This document shows, one piece after another, positions 56,669 to 64,000 of a stretch of 64,000 nucleotides of DNA (the stretch's first letter is position 1; the number at the start of each line of letters is the position of its first letter). The position numbers and the translations under genes were made by a program. The stretch covers positions 15,910 through 79,909 of the IMG/VR virus record IMGVR_UViG_3300006125_000005; one strand, given 5' to 3'. The DNA is from a virus. Lineage: Duplodnaviria; Caudoviricetes. The notes under the pieces are model-generated. The model made no database searches. It saw nothing but the letters and a program-made list of their open reading frames with translations, and was not told the origin of the DNA.

Positions 56669-57677
56669 TCCAGGAGCAAACTTAGTAAGTGAGTGTGCTA
56701 AAGTTGGAAGGTTCTTAGAGTATGACTATAGGTTATCTATTAAGAATGCTGAAGTCCCATCTAGTTTTGAAGAAAACCTTTTACCTACTGGTAGACGTTT
56801 TGTAATTATTGGGGCCAGAAGTGTTCCCATGGCTACTGCTAAGTCTGTATTCCTATGTTTGAGATTAGCTGGAGCTGAAAGTGTAGTTGTTAAGACTGCT
56901 ACTGAGGATGAAGGACTTTTAGTTAAAAATGTCTTGGATAACTGGACTCCAGATGGTGTTAAAACTAAAATCTTTAGTGTAGGCTCAGATAAGCTAGGGG
57001 ATTATCCTGAGTGGGTGGAATCTCTAGAGAATGCTACAGATATTGTAGTATTTGGTGGGGAAGATACGGCTAAGTCTTTTGAAGAGTTAGATTCTAAAGA
57101 TAGGCATGTTTATATCCATGGCCCTAAGTTTAGCTTCAGTATAGTAGACGCCAAGACCCTAACTATGGTTGACTTGATGGATATTTGTTCTGATTTTGCT
57201 AACTTTTACGGAGAGGGTTGTTTATCTCCTAAGTTTTGTGTTATCGTTGGAGATATTGGGGCCAATTGGTATCATGAAGCTAGTATAATTATGAGGGCTG
57301 AGTATGGGGATAGGATTGAAGGGTTCAGGTCTAAGATGACCTTAGCTAAAAAATCTCAGCTTGTCCAAGAGATGACTAGTTCCAATATTATTGAAAAGTT
57401 TGTTAGACTTGAGACTTTGGAAAATGATGAAAAGCTCTTGAGTTCCCTTTATGGGGATATTAGATTTATAAATATAAAAAGTCTTAAAGAGCTTTGGCCT
57501 TTTATGGATAAGTGGAAAAATAGAATCAGCTCTGTATCCAGTAGTGATAATGAAGAAGCAATCAATTTACTGCAAAAGTTTGGTGTAGTTAGAGTTTGTA
57601 ATTTTGGAGAAATGCAGTTTCCAGAATTTGATGAGCAGTTTGATAGTGTAGACGATTTTGATATCTATATGCAATAG
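56643..57677 (+). CDS. LuxC-like acyl-CoA/acyl-protein reductase (compact)
   Basis: VVFGGEDT, HGPKFSF, GEGCLSP (catalytic Cys), GVVRVCNFGEMQFP...D; overlaps the luxE-like gene. Confidence 0.75.
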   Translation: MSKKQWIVNPGANLVSECAKVGRFLEYDYRLSIKNAEVPSSFEENLLPTGRRFVIIGARSVPMATAKSVFLCLRLAGAESVVVKTATEDEGLLVKNVLDNWTPDGVKTKIFSVGSDKLGDYPEWVESLENATDIVVFGGEDTAKSFEELDSKDRHVYIHGPKFSFSIVDAKTLTMVDLMDICSDFANFYGEGCLSPKFCVIVGDIGANWYHEASIIMRAEYGDRIEGFRSKMTLAKKSQLVQEMTSSNIIEKFVRLETLENDEKLLSSLYGDIRFINIKSLKELWPFMDKWKNRISSVSSSDNEEAINLLQKFGVVRVCNFGEMQFPEFDEQFDSVDDFDIYMQ

Positions 57678-57685
57678 GAGGAATA

Positions 57686-57817
57686 ATGAACAAGACAGCA
57701 TCTAAATGCCGTAAGTGTGACCATTTCCATACTGGAGAATGCCACTATAGGATGGAAGAGTTTAATGGGAAGGACTTTATTAAGAAGTCTTGTAATTGTA
57801 GAGAGAATAAAGCATGA
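57686..57817 (+). CDS. Small Cys/His-rich protein missing from ORF track (43 aa)
   Basis: aggagg RBS; MNKTASKCRKCDHFHTGECH...SCNCRENKA*. Confidence 0.55.
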   Translation: MNKTASKCRKCDHFHTGECHYRMEEFNGKDFIKKSCNCRENKA

Positions 57818-57912
57818 TAAAAAAACTTAAATGCTTGTTTAAAGGCCATAGTTGGAAATTTGCTGAAGAAGGCATCCTCTGTAGTAGGTGTGGAAAGTTA
57901 GATAGATGGTAG
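57814..57912 (+). CDS. Small Zn-finger-like protein missing from ORF track (32 aa)
   Basis: ATGA overlap; MIKKLKCLFKGHSW...LCSRCGKLDRW*. Confidence 0.5.
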   Translation: MIKKLKCLFKGHSWKFAEEGILCSRCGKLDRW

Positions 57913-59120
57913 ATTATTTAGCTAGGACCAATCCCTGTCCCTACGATATTACGATTGAAGGCTCTAGTAAGTCCTATCTCCTTACTAAGGAGTTTGGTCC
58001 TATGTTTGATATGGCCTGTGGTATTGCTGTAAATAACTTAGGGCATAGTTACCTTCCTATTATTAAGGCAGCTCGTAAGAGTGTTGGAAGTTACCGTCAT
58101 ATTAATGTGTATGGTGAATTTAATATCTCTGAGCAGCTAGAATATGCTGAGCTTTTAGCTGAAAGATTTTCTACTCTTACTATGGCAAATGGTATCAGTG
58201 AAGAAAATAAGGTTTGGTTTTGTACTTCTGGAACTGAGGCTAACGAGTTAGCTATGAAGCTAGCTACCCTTAGTACAGCTAGTAAACTTAAGAGAGGGTT
58301 TATTGCCCTTACTGGTGGGTTCCATGGTAGGACGTTGGGGAGTTTAAGTCTTACCCAAAAGGAACTTTACCGTGAACCCTTTAGTTGGATGGTTAAGGCT
58401 GGGTTAACTACTTGGATTGAACCTGGTGAAGAAATTCCCAAAGAGTTTAAGACACGTAGTGCTTTCTTTATGGAATTAGTCCAAGGTGAAGCTGGTGTTA
58501 TTCCGTTAGACCCTGAATGGGCTACTTATGTAAGCAACTGGTGTAGGGAGAATGAGGTTCTCCTAGTTGTTGACGAGGTCCAGACTGGATTTGGTAGAAC
58601 TGGAACCCATTTTGCTCTAGATCAGTACCAAGGGGTAAAGCCCGATATCATTACTTTGGGTAAGGCCCTTGGTGGTGGCTATCCCCTAGGGGCTGTTATT
58701 TCTAGTTCTAATAGGTTCAAATCTATTTCTGAGGAAAATCCCTTTACCCACCTGAGTACTTTTGGTGGTAACCCCATTGCTTGTGCAGCTGGTATTCAGA
58801 TGTTTAAGGGAACTGAGAAAAAGAAGCTTTTGCAAAATGTTAATGATGGTAATATCTTAGCTCATAATGTCTTTAAGGAATCTGAATCCGGAGCTCACCT
58901 TAGAGGTTTGGGATTGATGTTGGGTTTAGTCTTAGATGATGAAACTGATATTGACGAGGTAGTACAAAATATCTGGAAGAATAACGTATTTTGTGGTAGG
59001 GTATTGTATGGTAGTAATACTATTCGTCTATACCCGCCTTTGAATACCACTCCTTCGGACATATATAATAAGGTAAGAAGGGTTGAAGAGGCCGTTCTAG
59101 TAAGTAGAAAGAGGAAATAA
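57906..59120 (+). CDS. Class-III PLP-dependent aminotransferase (ArgD-like)
   Basis: SGTEANE, GFHGRT, ELVQGEAG, DEVQTGFGRTG, PDIITLGKALGGG, HLSTFGGNP. Confidence 0.92.
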   Translation: MVDYLARTNPCPYDITIEGSSKSYLLTKEFGPMFDMACGIAVNNLGHSYLPIIKAARKSVGSYRHINVYGEFNISEQLEYAELLAERFSTLTMANGISEENKVWFCTSGTEANELAMKLATLSTASKLKRGFIALTGGFHGRTLGSLSLTQKELYREPFSWMVKAGLTTWIEPGEEIPKEFKTRSAFFMELVQGEAGVIPLDPEWATYVSNWCRENEVLLVVDEVQTGFGRTGTHFALDQYQGVKPDIITLGKALGGGYPLGAVISSSNRFKSISEENPFTHLSTFGGNPIACAAGIQMFKGTEKKKLLQNVNDGNILAHNVFKESESGAHLRGLGLMLGLVLDDETDIDEVVQNIWKNNVFCGRVLYGSNTIRLYPPLNTTPSDIYNKVRRVEEAVLVSRKRK

Positions 59121-59587
59121 TGGCAATTTGTACTATCTCGAAAGAGATTGAGTTTGATGCTGGCCATAGAGTCAGTACTCATGGTTCCAAGTGTAAGAAT
59201 CCCCATGGGCACCGTTATAAGGTCCGGGTTACTTGTAAGGGGACTATTATTGATAACCCAGAGAGAGTTGATCATGGTATGTTGATTGACTTTGGTAGTC
59301 TTAAGACTATTATGAATGAAAAGATTCATGATGTTTTGGACCATGGATTTATTGTCTGGGAAGAAGATTTTGCGATGAGGGAATCTTTGCTTGTAGGTTT
59401 TAGAGATTATGGGCTTAATTGGAACGTAATCTTTTTTGAGACTATGCCTACTGCTGAAAATATTGCTGTATGGTGTTGGAATCAGATTAAGGATGATATT
59501 GCTAATTCCTTTGGTAAGGATTTGGTAATTGATGAAGTGGCTGTTTGGGAGACGCCTACTTCTGTAGCTTATTATCGAGGAGAGTAA
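59120..59587 (+). CDS. queD: 6-carboxy-5,6,7,8-tetrahydropterin synthase
   Basis: FDAGH...KCKNPHGHRY, GMLIDFG.LK, LDH, PTAENIA, VWETPTS. Confidence 0.92.
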   Translation: MAICTISKEIEFDAGHRVSTHGSKCKNPHGHRYKVRVTCKGTIIDNPERVDHGMLIDFGSLKTIMNEKIHDVLDHGFIVWEEDFAMRESLLVGFRDYGLNWNVIFFETMPTAENIAVWCWNQIKDDIANSFGKDLVIDEVAVWETPTSVAYYRGE

Positions 59588-60345
59588 TGGCAGACCATTT
59601 TAAGTTAGTTGAGCATTATGTTAGTACTCAGGGTGAAGGACCTAATACTGGTAAGCTTACCCAGTTTGTAAGGTTTGCTGGATGTGATATGCGCTGTGGT
59701 GGTTGGCCTTGTGATACTCCTTTTGCGAGTGACCCTAAGCAATGGGCTAAGATCTACTATAAGAGAACGGTAGATGAGCTTTACGATAATATCCTTGAGA
59801 AGTATGAGGAAACCGGAGCTAAGAATATCTGCTTTACTGGTGGAGAACCGTTTATGCAGAATAATGATCTCTTGGATGAACTCTTTGAGAAGTTAGATCC
59901 TAACTTGGAGTGGATTGAGCAAGAGAATGGTAATTTTACTATTGTTAACTTGCCTGATTTGAGATTTGAACTTGAAGCTTTCAGTAATGGTAGTTTTGAG
60001 TATTCTGACGTAGCTCTTGATAAGATTTACTTTATGATGGACTGGAAGTTGGATGGTTCCGGTGAAGGTAGTACTTCCTTAGAGAATAGACGTAAAAATG
60101 CTACGAGTATTTATGGTGGCATTAAGTTTGTTTGTAAGGATGAAGAAGACTTTAAGCAAGCTATCCAGGTATGGCATAGTCTTAAAGATAAGGTAAGCTC
60201 AGATTGTAGATTCTGGGTTGGTAGTGCTTGGGATGTATTTCCGACGAGTAGAGTAGTAGAATTGATTATGGAGCATAAGCTCCCTTGGAGTTTGAATATT
60301 CAGGTCCATAACTATATTTTTGGGGCCAACGTTCGAGGTACTTGA
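59587..60345 (+). CDS. queE: 7-carboxy-7-deazaguanine synthase (radical SAM)
   Basis: STQGEG, FVRFAGCDMRCGGWPCDT, FTGGEP, IKFV, QVH. Confidence 0.9.
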   Translation: MADHFKLVEHYVSTQGEGPNTGKLTQFVRFAGCDMRCGGWPCDTPFASDPKQWAKIYYKRTVDELYDNILEKYEETGAKNICFTGGEPFMQNNDLLDELFEKLDPNLEWIEQENGNFTIVNLPDLRFELEAFSNGSFEYSDVALDKIYFMMDWKLDGSGEGSTSLENRRKNATSIYGGIKFVCKDEEDFKQAIQVWHSLKDKVSSDCRFWVGSAWDVFPTSRVVELIMEHKLPWSLNIQVHNYIFGANVRGT

Positions 60346-60395
60346 TAATGTAGTACTATTGTACAGTTACATAAGTATAAGAACAAAGGAGTAGT

Positions 60396-61055
60396 ATGAC
60401 TTATACTTGTAGAATGTGTAGTAGTGAGTTGCCCAAAAGATCCAAGCCGGGTGGGTACCCAAAGTATTGTGAAGATTGTAAGTGTCTTACACGAGAGTGT
60501 GAAAATTGCAAAAAGACGATGTCAATCTGGCGCAAAGACGGGTACCCCACGGCAAGGTTTTGTGGACGAAAATGTTCTGCTATCAGTCAATATAGAGACC
60601 CACTTCAAAGAGATAGACGTAGAATGGGTCCGGGAATTACAGCCATGAAACAAGTCCAGAAAACTCAAGAATGGAAAGACAAGATGTCAATCCTATCGAG
60701 AGACAGAATGTATAGAAACATAGCTGACGGGACTCATCCATTTCGTAAACTCTATGAGACAAAAATTAGCAAGCTAGAACGTAGTTGCATCCCTGTACTC
60801 GAAGAAATGGGTTACTGGCATAGTAGTTTTGAGTATCGAGTCAATCATCCCAACGGGACAGTTAAGAGCCCAGACTTCAAAAAGCATAACGAAAATCTAG
60901 TAGTAGAAATATTTGGACGTTATTGGCACCCACAAGAAGATGAGGAGAATATTATCAATTGGTATAGAGAAGCAGGATTTGACTGTATTGTAGTCTGGGA
61001 AGAAGAAGTTAGTAACATCAAACAAATTATTTCAGCAAATGAAAGAGGTAGGTAG
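60396..61055 (+). mobile_element. Free-standing homing-type endonuclease (Zn-finger repeats plus Vsr/DUF559-like PD-(D/E)xK domain)
   Basis: CRMC..YCEDC, CENC..FCGRKC, SPDF...VVEIFGRYWH...VVWEEE; A-rich codon usage unlike neighbours; sits between queE and folE. Confidence 0.7.
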
Positions 61056-61056
61056 T

Positions 61057-61833
61057 ATGTATAGTAAGAATTGCCCACATTGTGGTCTTGATTTGACCAT
61101 TTACGGTGACAAGACTCAAGAAAGTCATATTAAGAACTGTCTCAGCATCAATGCAAACCGTAAGGATTTGCAAAAGCTTAAGGGTGACTTAAATAAGTGG
61201 TCAAAGCTGGATGATGCTTGGGAATCATACCCAGGGGATTATTGGAAGGATATCCGTTCCAATAAGAAGTTAAATACTCCATCAGCTAAAGATGCTGTAA
61301 GTGAGTTATTGAGTGCTCTAGGAGAAGATGTTACCCGAGAGGGTCTCCTTGAAACTCCACGTAGAGTTGCTGAAATGTATGCTGAGTTAACTTCTGGTTA
61401 CCAGCTTGACCCCAGGGAGATTGTTGAAAAGGCAATCTTTAAGGAGGGTTCCAGTGAACTTGTAATTGTTAGGGATATTCCTTTCTATAGCCTTTGTGAG
61501 CACCACCTTGCTCCATTCTTTGGAACTGCTACTATTGGTTACGTTCCAGTTAATGGACGGGTCGTAGGACTTTCTAAGTTGGCTCGAGTATTGGATGCTT
61601 TTGCTAAGCGTCTCCAAGTCCAAGAGCGACTTGGTGCCCAAATTGCTGATACCCTCTATACTAGTGGCCTTAACCCTAATGGTGTTGGCGTATACATTAG
61701 TGCAGAGCACCTTTGTATGGCTATGAGAGGTGTACAAAAGCCTGGAACCTCTACGGTTACGAATACCCTCCGGGGATGCATAAAGAATGGTGACCACAAG
61801 GAAGAGTGGATGAGGATGGTAGCTGGTAGATGA
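61057..61833 (+). CDS. folE: GTP cyclohydrolase I with N-terminal Zn-finger extension
   Basis: REGLLETPRRVA, SLCEHHLAPFFG, GLSKLAR, RLQVQERL, AEHLCMAMRGV. Confidence 0.95.
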   Translation: MYSKNCPHCGLDLTIYGDKTQESHIKNCLSINANRKDLQKLKGDLNKWSKLDDAWESYPGDYWKDIRSNKKLNTPSAKDAVSELLSALGEDVTREGLLETPRRVAEMYAELTSGYQLDPREIVEKAIFKEGSSELVIVRDIPFYSLCEHHLAPFFGTATIGYVPVNGRVVGLSKLARVLDAFAKRLQVQERLGAQIADTLYTSGLNPNGVGVYISAEHLCMAMRGVQKPGTSTVTNTLRGCIKNGDHKEEWMRMVAGR

Positions 61834-62336
61834 TTATTGACCCTTTTGAGGTCGTCAGTAAGGGATATATCAACAGGGTTAAGTTAGAAAATATTCAGCC
61901 CAATAGTATTGACCTTACGTTGGCCCAGGTATATGAAATCGAAGGACCCTTGGTGCTTTTTGCAAATAAGGAGAACCGTAGGAGACTTCCCCAGTATAAG
62001 TTGATTAAACCCTTCCCATATGAGGGGGTAGATATGTATCAACTTGAACCTGGCAAAAGATACCAAGCTGAGTTCAATGAGCTTTTGCAATTACCTGAGG
62101 ATATTTGTGCTCTTACTTTAGTTAGGAGTACGATGGCCAAGAGTGGTTGTACTGGTGAAAATGGACTCTTTGATAGTGGATACCGGGGAGCAACTGGTAT
62201 GATGGTATCGGTGCAGACTGAAAGCTTTATCGAAATTGGGGCTTGTATTGCCCAGATGATTTTCTTTAAGGCTGAGACGAGTAAAACTTATAATGGATTT
62301 TATCAAGGGGCATTGACCCCATTGGAGTGGCAATGA
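61830..62336 (+). CDS. Trimeric dCTP deaminase / dUTPase family protein
   Basis: IQPNSIDLTL, RSTMAKSG, FDSGYRG, IAQMIF, YNGFYQ. Confidence 0.8.
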   Translation: MIIDPFEVVSKGYINRVKLENIQPNSIDLTLAQVYEIEGPLVLFANKENRRRLPQYKLIKPFPYEGVDMYQLEPGKRYQAEFNELLQLPEDICALTLVRSTMAKSGCTGENGLFDSGYRGATGMMVSVQTESFIEIGACIAQMIFFKAETSKTYNGFYQGALTPLEWQ

Positions 62337-62695
62337 AGTTAGCTCAAGAATATGACACGATGTTCGAAAGAAACATTGCAATTATTGCAAGTAGGAAGCA
62401 GGAAGTAAATGTCCACCTTGATGGACAATTGTTCGAAGGTTATATTTGTGGTTTAGATGAGATCTGGTTACAGATTTATGGCCATGAATATGAGTACCGT
62501 GATGATCCGGAAATTGCCTGGAGATTTTGTTTGATCAACAGAGATAATATCCTTTCCATTACTTCTAGTGGAAGAGATTTACGGTCCTTGAATAGTAAGG
62601 ATAGAGAATACGTAGAAAAGAAGATCTATAACTTCTCTAGTGTTGCCAAAGACTATTTGGAATTAAGGAAGACGAATGATGACGGAGCCCGTTAA
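62327..62695 (+). CDS. Putative Sm/Hfq-like fold protein
   Basis: N-terminal helix, then VNVHLDGQLFEGYICGLDEIWLQI (Sm1-like) and LINRDNILSI (Sm2-like). Confidence 0.45.
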   Translation: MAMKLAQEYDTMFERNIAIIASRKQEVNVHLDGQLFEGYICGLDEIWLQIYGHEYEYRDDPEIAWRFCLINRDNILSITSSGRDLRSLNSKDREYVEKKIYNFSSVAKDYLELRKTNDDGAR

Positions 62696-63143
62696 AAAGA
62701 AGTTAATTGTTCCTATTAAGGACTTTGACTCTGATAGTTATGATGAAGTAATTGAAGTCCCTGTAAGTAAGGTTGAGTCTAGTCAGTTAAGTATTGATGA
62801 AAACTCTGACCCCAAAGACCTACTTATGTACTTTAGTAAGAGGTTTAAAGAGGTGCATGGATATGACTACGTTATATCCTGGGTAAAGGAAATCGGTATC
62901 CTAAAGTCCTTTAAGGAACGTTATGGGCAGGATGCTGGTCCTATGGTTGAACTATTGTTTGATAAGTATGCAGGTTCGATTAATGGGTCTGTAATGACGA
63001 TTACTGCTTTTAGTAAAGGTAGTAAATGGATTCAAGATAGACTCTATATTGAGTTACAGCAGAGTAAAGTTAAGGAAGAGCCAGCTAGTGTGGAAGGGTT
63101 GATGAGTTCGAATGACTTCTTTAGAAAGATTTCCCTGGGTTAA
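62676..63143 (+). CDS. Hypothetical replication-associated protein
   Basis: 155 aa; overlaps the dnaC-like gene. Confidence 0.5.
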   Translation: MMTEPVKKKLIVPIKDFDSDSYDEVIEVPVSKVESSQLSIDENSDPKDLLMYFSKRFKEVHGYDYVISWVKEIGILKSFKERYGQDAGPMVELLFDKYAGSINGSVMTITAFSKGSKWIQDRLYIELQQSKVKEEPASVEGLMSSNDFFRKISLG

Positions 63144-63906
63144 GGATTATAAGGACCTAACCCATAGCTTTTTGGAAGATGATGTAGTTGAGTACTTGGA
63201 GAATAAAACTCCCCAGTTCGAAAAGGTAAGTAAGCAAGGTTGCCCTACTTGTGACGACCGTTCTTGTGGAGATTGCAAGGTCCAGCTTCAGCTGTATAAG
63301 CATTACTTAAATGCTGGTATTGGGTTTAGTTACCAGAGACTTGACTGGGACGATTTCCATGGGGATAAGCAGGCTTTAGAACTTGCTCAGACCTATTTGA
63401 CTAAGCATAGGGAAATGGTCAAGGGTGGGTTAGGGTTAATGTTATATGGTTCCTGGGGAACTGGTAAGACCCTTATTACTGCTTTGATTGCTAAGGAATT
63501 GGTGAAACTTGGTTATACGGTATATTTTGCTACTTTTACTCAGATGGTGGACGAGTTTACCAGAGGGTGGGGAAGTAATGAAGAAAAAGCTAGATTTGAG
63601 TCTAGAGTAGTTAAGAGTGATATCTTCTTCCTTGATGATGTAGGTAAGGAATTTAGAACTAAGAATAATTTGAGTGAAGCTACTTTTGACCATGTGTTGA
63701 GGCAAAGGGCTTTAGATAACCGTCCTACGTTTATTACGACGAATATGACGGTCAGTGAGTTAAGTGTTGGTTATGGGAGTGCAATTTTTTCGTTATTGAA
63801 AGAAAGAATGATTACCCATAATATGGAAGGTATAGATTATAGGGAATTTGCTCGTGATAGAGCCTTTGAAGAAATTGCCTCCGGAAGAGTAAGGAAGATT
63901 TACTAA
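63112..63906 (+). CDS. DnaC/IstB-like AAA+ helicase loader
   Basis: CPTC..C.DC, GSWGTGKT, FFLDDVGKE, R...RPTFITTN. Confidence 0.85.
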   Translation: MTSLERFPWVKDYKDLTHSFLEDDVVEYLENKTPQFEKVSKQGCPTCDDRSCGDCKVQLQLYKHYLNAGIGFSYQRLDWDDFHGDKQALELAQTYLTKHREMVKGGLGLMLYGSWGTGKTLITALIAKELVKLGYTVYFATFTQMVDEFTRGWGSNEEKARFESRVVKSDIFFLDDVGKEFRTKNNLSEATFDHVLRQRALDNRPTFITTNMTVSELSVGYGSAIFSLLKERMITHNMEGIDYREFARDRAFEEIASGRVRKIY

Positions 63907-63936
63907 TGTCGAAAGATCTTATGAGTATAGGAGTAG

Positions 63937-64000
63937 GTGAGTCCAACGGATATTGAGAAGTCCTACGTTCCCCATTTTGTGAAATTAGATTCCCTAAAGT
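63937..64000 (+). CDS. Start of next gene (possibly DnaB-like helicase), truncated by window edge
   Basis: aggag RBS; GTG; open to window end (MSPTDIEKSYVPHFVKLDSLK); product inferred only from position. Confidence 0.35.
   Translation, partial: MSPTDIEKSYVPHFVKLDSLK

Noticed and set aside
55580-57677. Bioluminescence (lux) operon
   Set aside because: Only luxE-like and luxC-like genes are present; no luxA, luxB or luxD; the context is que/folE genes
57906-59120. Arginine-biosynthesis argD
   Set aside because: Family assignment fits, but there are no other arg genes and it is translationally coupled to queD, so no gene symbol was given
60346-61056. Group I intron around the endonuclease
   Set aside because: queE and folE are both complete, and the flanking non-coding DNA (about 50 nt) is too short for a ribozyme core
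1-64000. Minus-strand ORFs and stop-codon reassignment
   Set aside because: Minus-strand ORFs are antisense to well-supported plus-strand genes; the standard code gives dense, intact genes ending in TAA, TAG and TGA; no suppressor tRNA seen

Overview
This 64-kb window is a segment of a large contractile-tailed phage (myovirus) genome, roughly 40% GC by eye, with all credible genes on the + strand. A WhiB regulator and a resuscitation-promoting-factor (Rpf) domain point to an actinobacterial host. Gene order resembles Bxz1/Myrna/E3-type actinophages (inference). Bases 1-37.8 kb encode the virion: protease end, scaffold, decoration protein, capsid, fibres, neck, sheath, tube, a -1 frameshifted tail chaperone, tape measure and baseplate. 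Bases 37.8-49 kb carry an SNF2 helicase, Rpf, a DenV-like glycosylase, DNA ligase, WhiB, two glycosyltransferases, six tRNAs and several unexplained structured RNAs. Bases 49-62 kb hold a small-molecule/base-modification island: panD, four amidoligases and a methyltransferase, then a TGT/DpdA-like protein, LuxE-like synthetase, LuxC-like reductase, class-III aminotransferase, queD, queE and folE, with no queC or queF in the window. The leading hypothesis is a QueC/QueF-independent reductive route from CDG to preQ1 (acid -> adenylate/thioester -> aldehyde -> amine) for 7-deazaguanine DNA modification, possibly extended by beta-alanyl or methyl decoration. Replication genes begin at about 62.7 kb. 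All calls come from motif recognition by eye; no searches were run.
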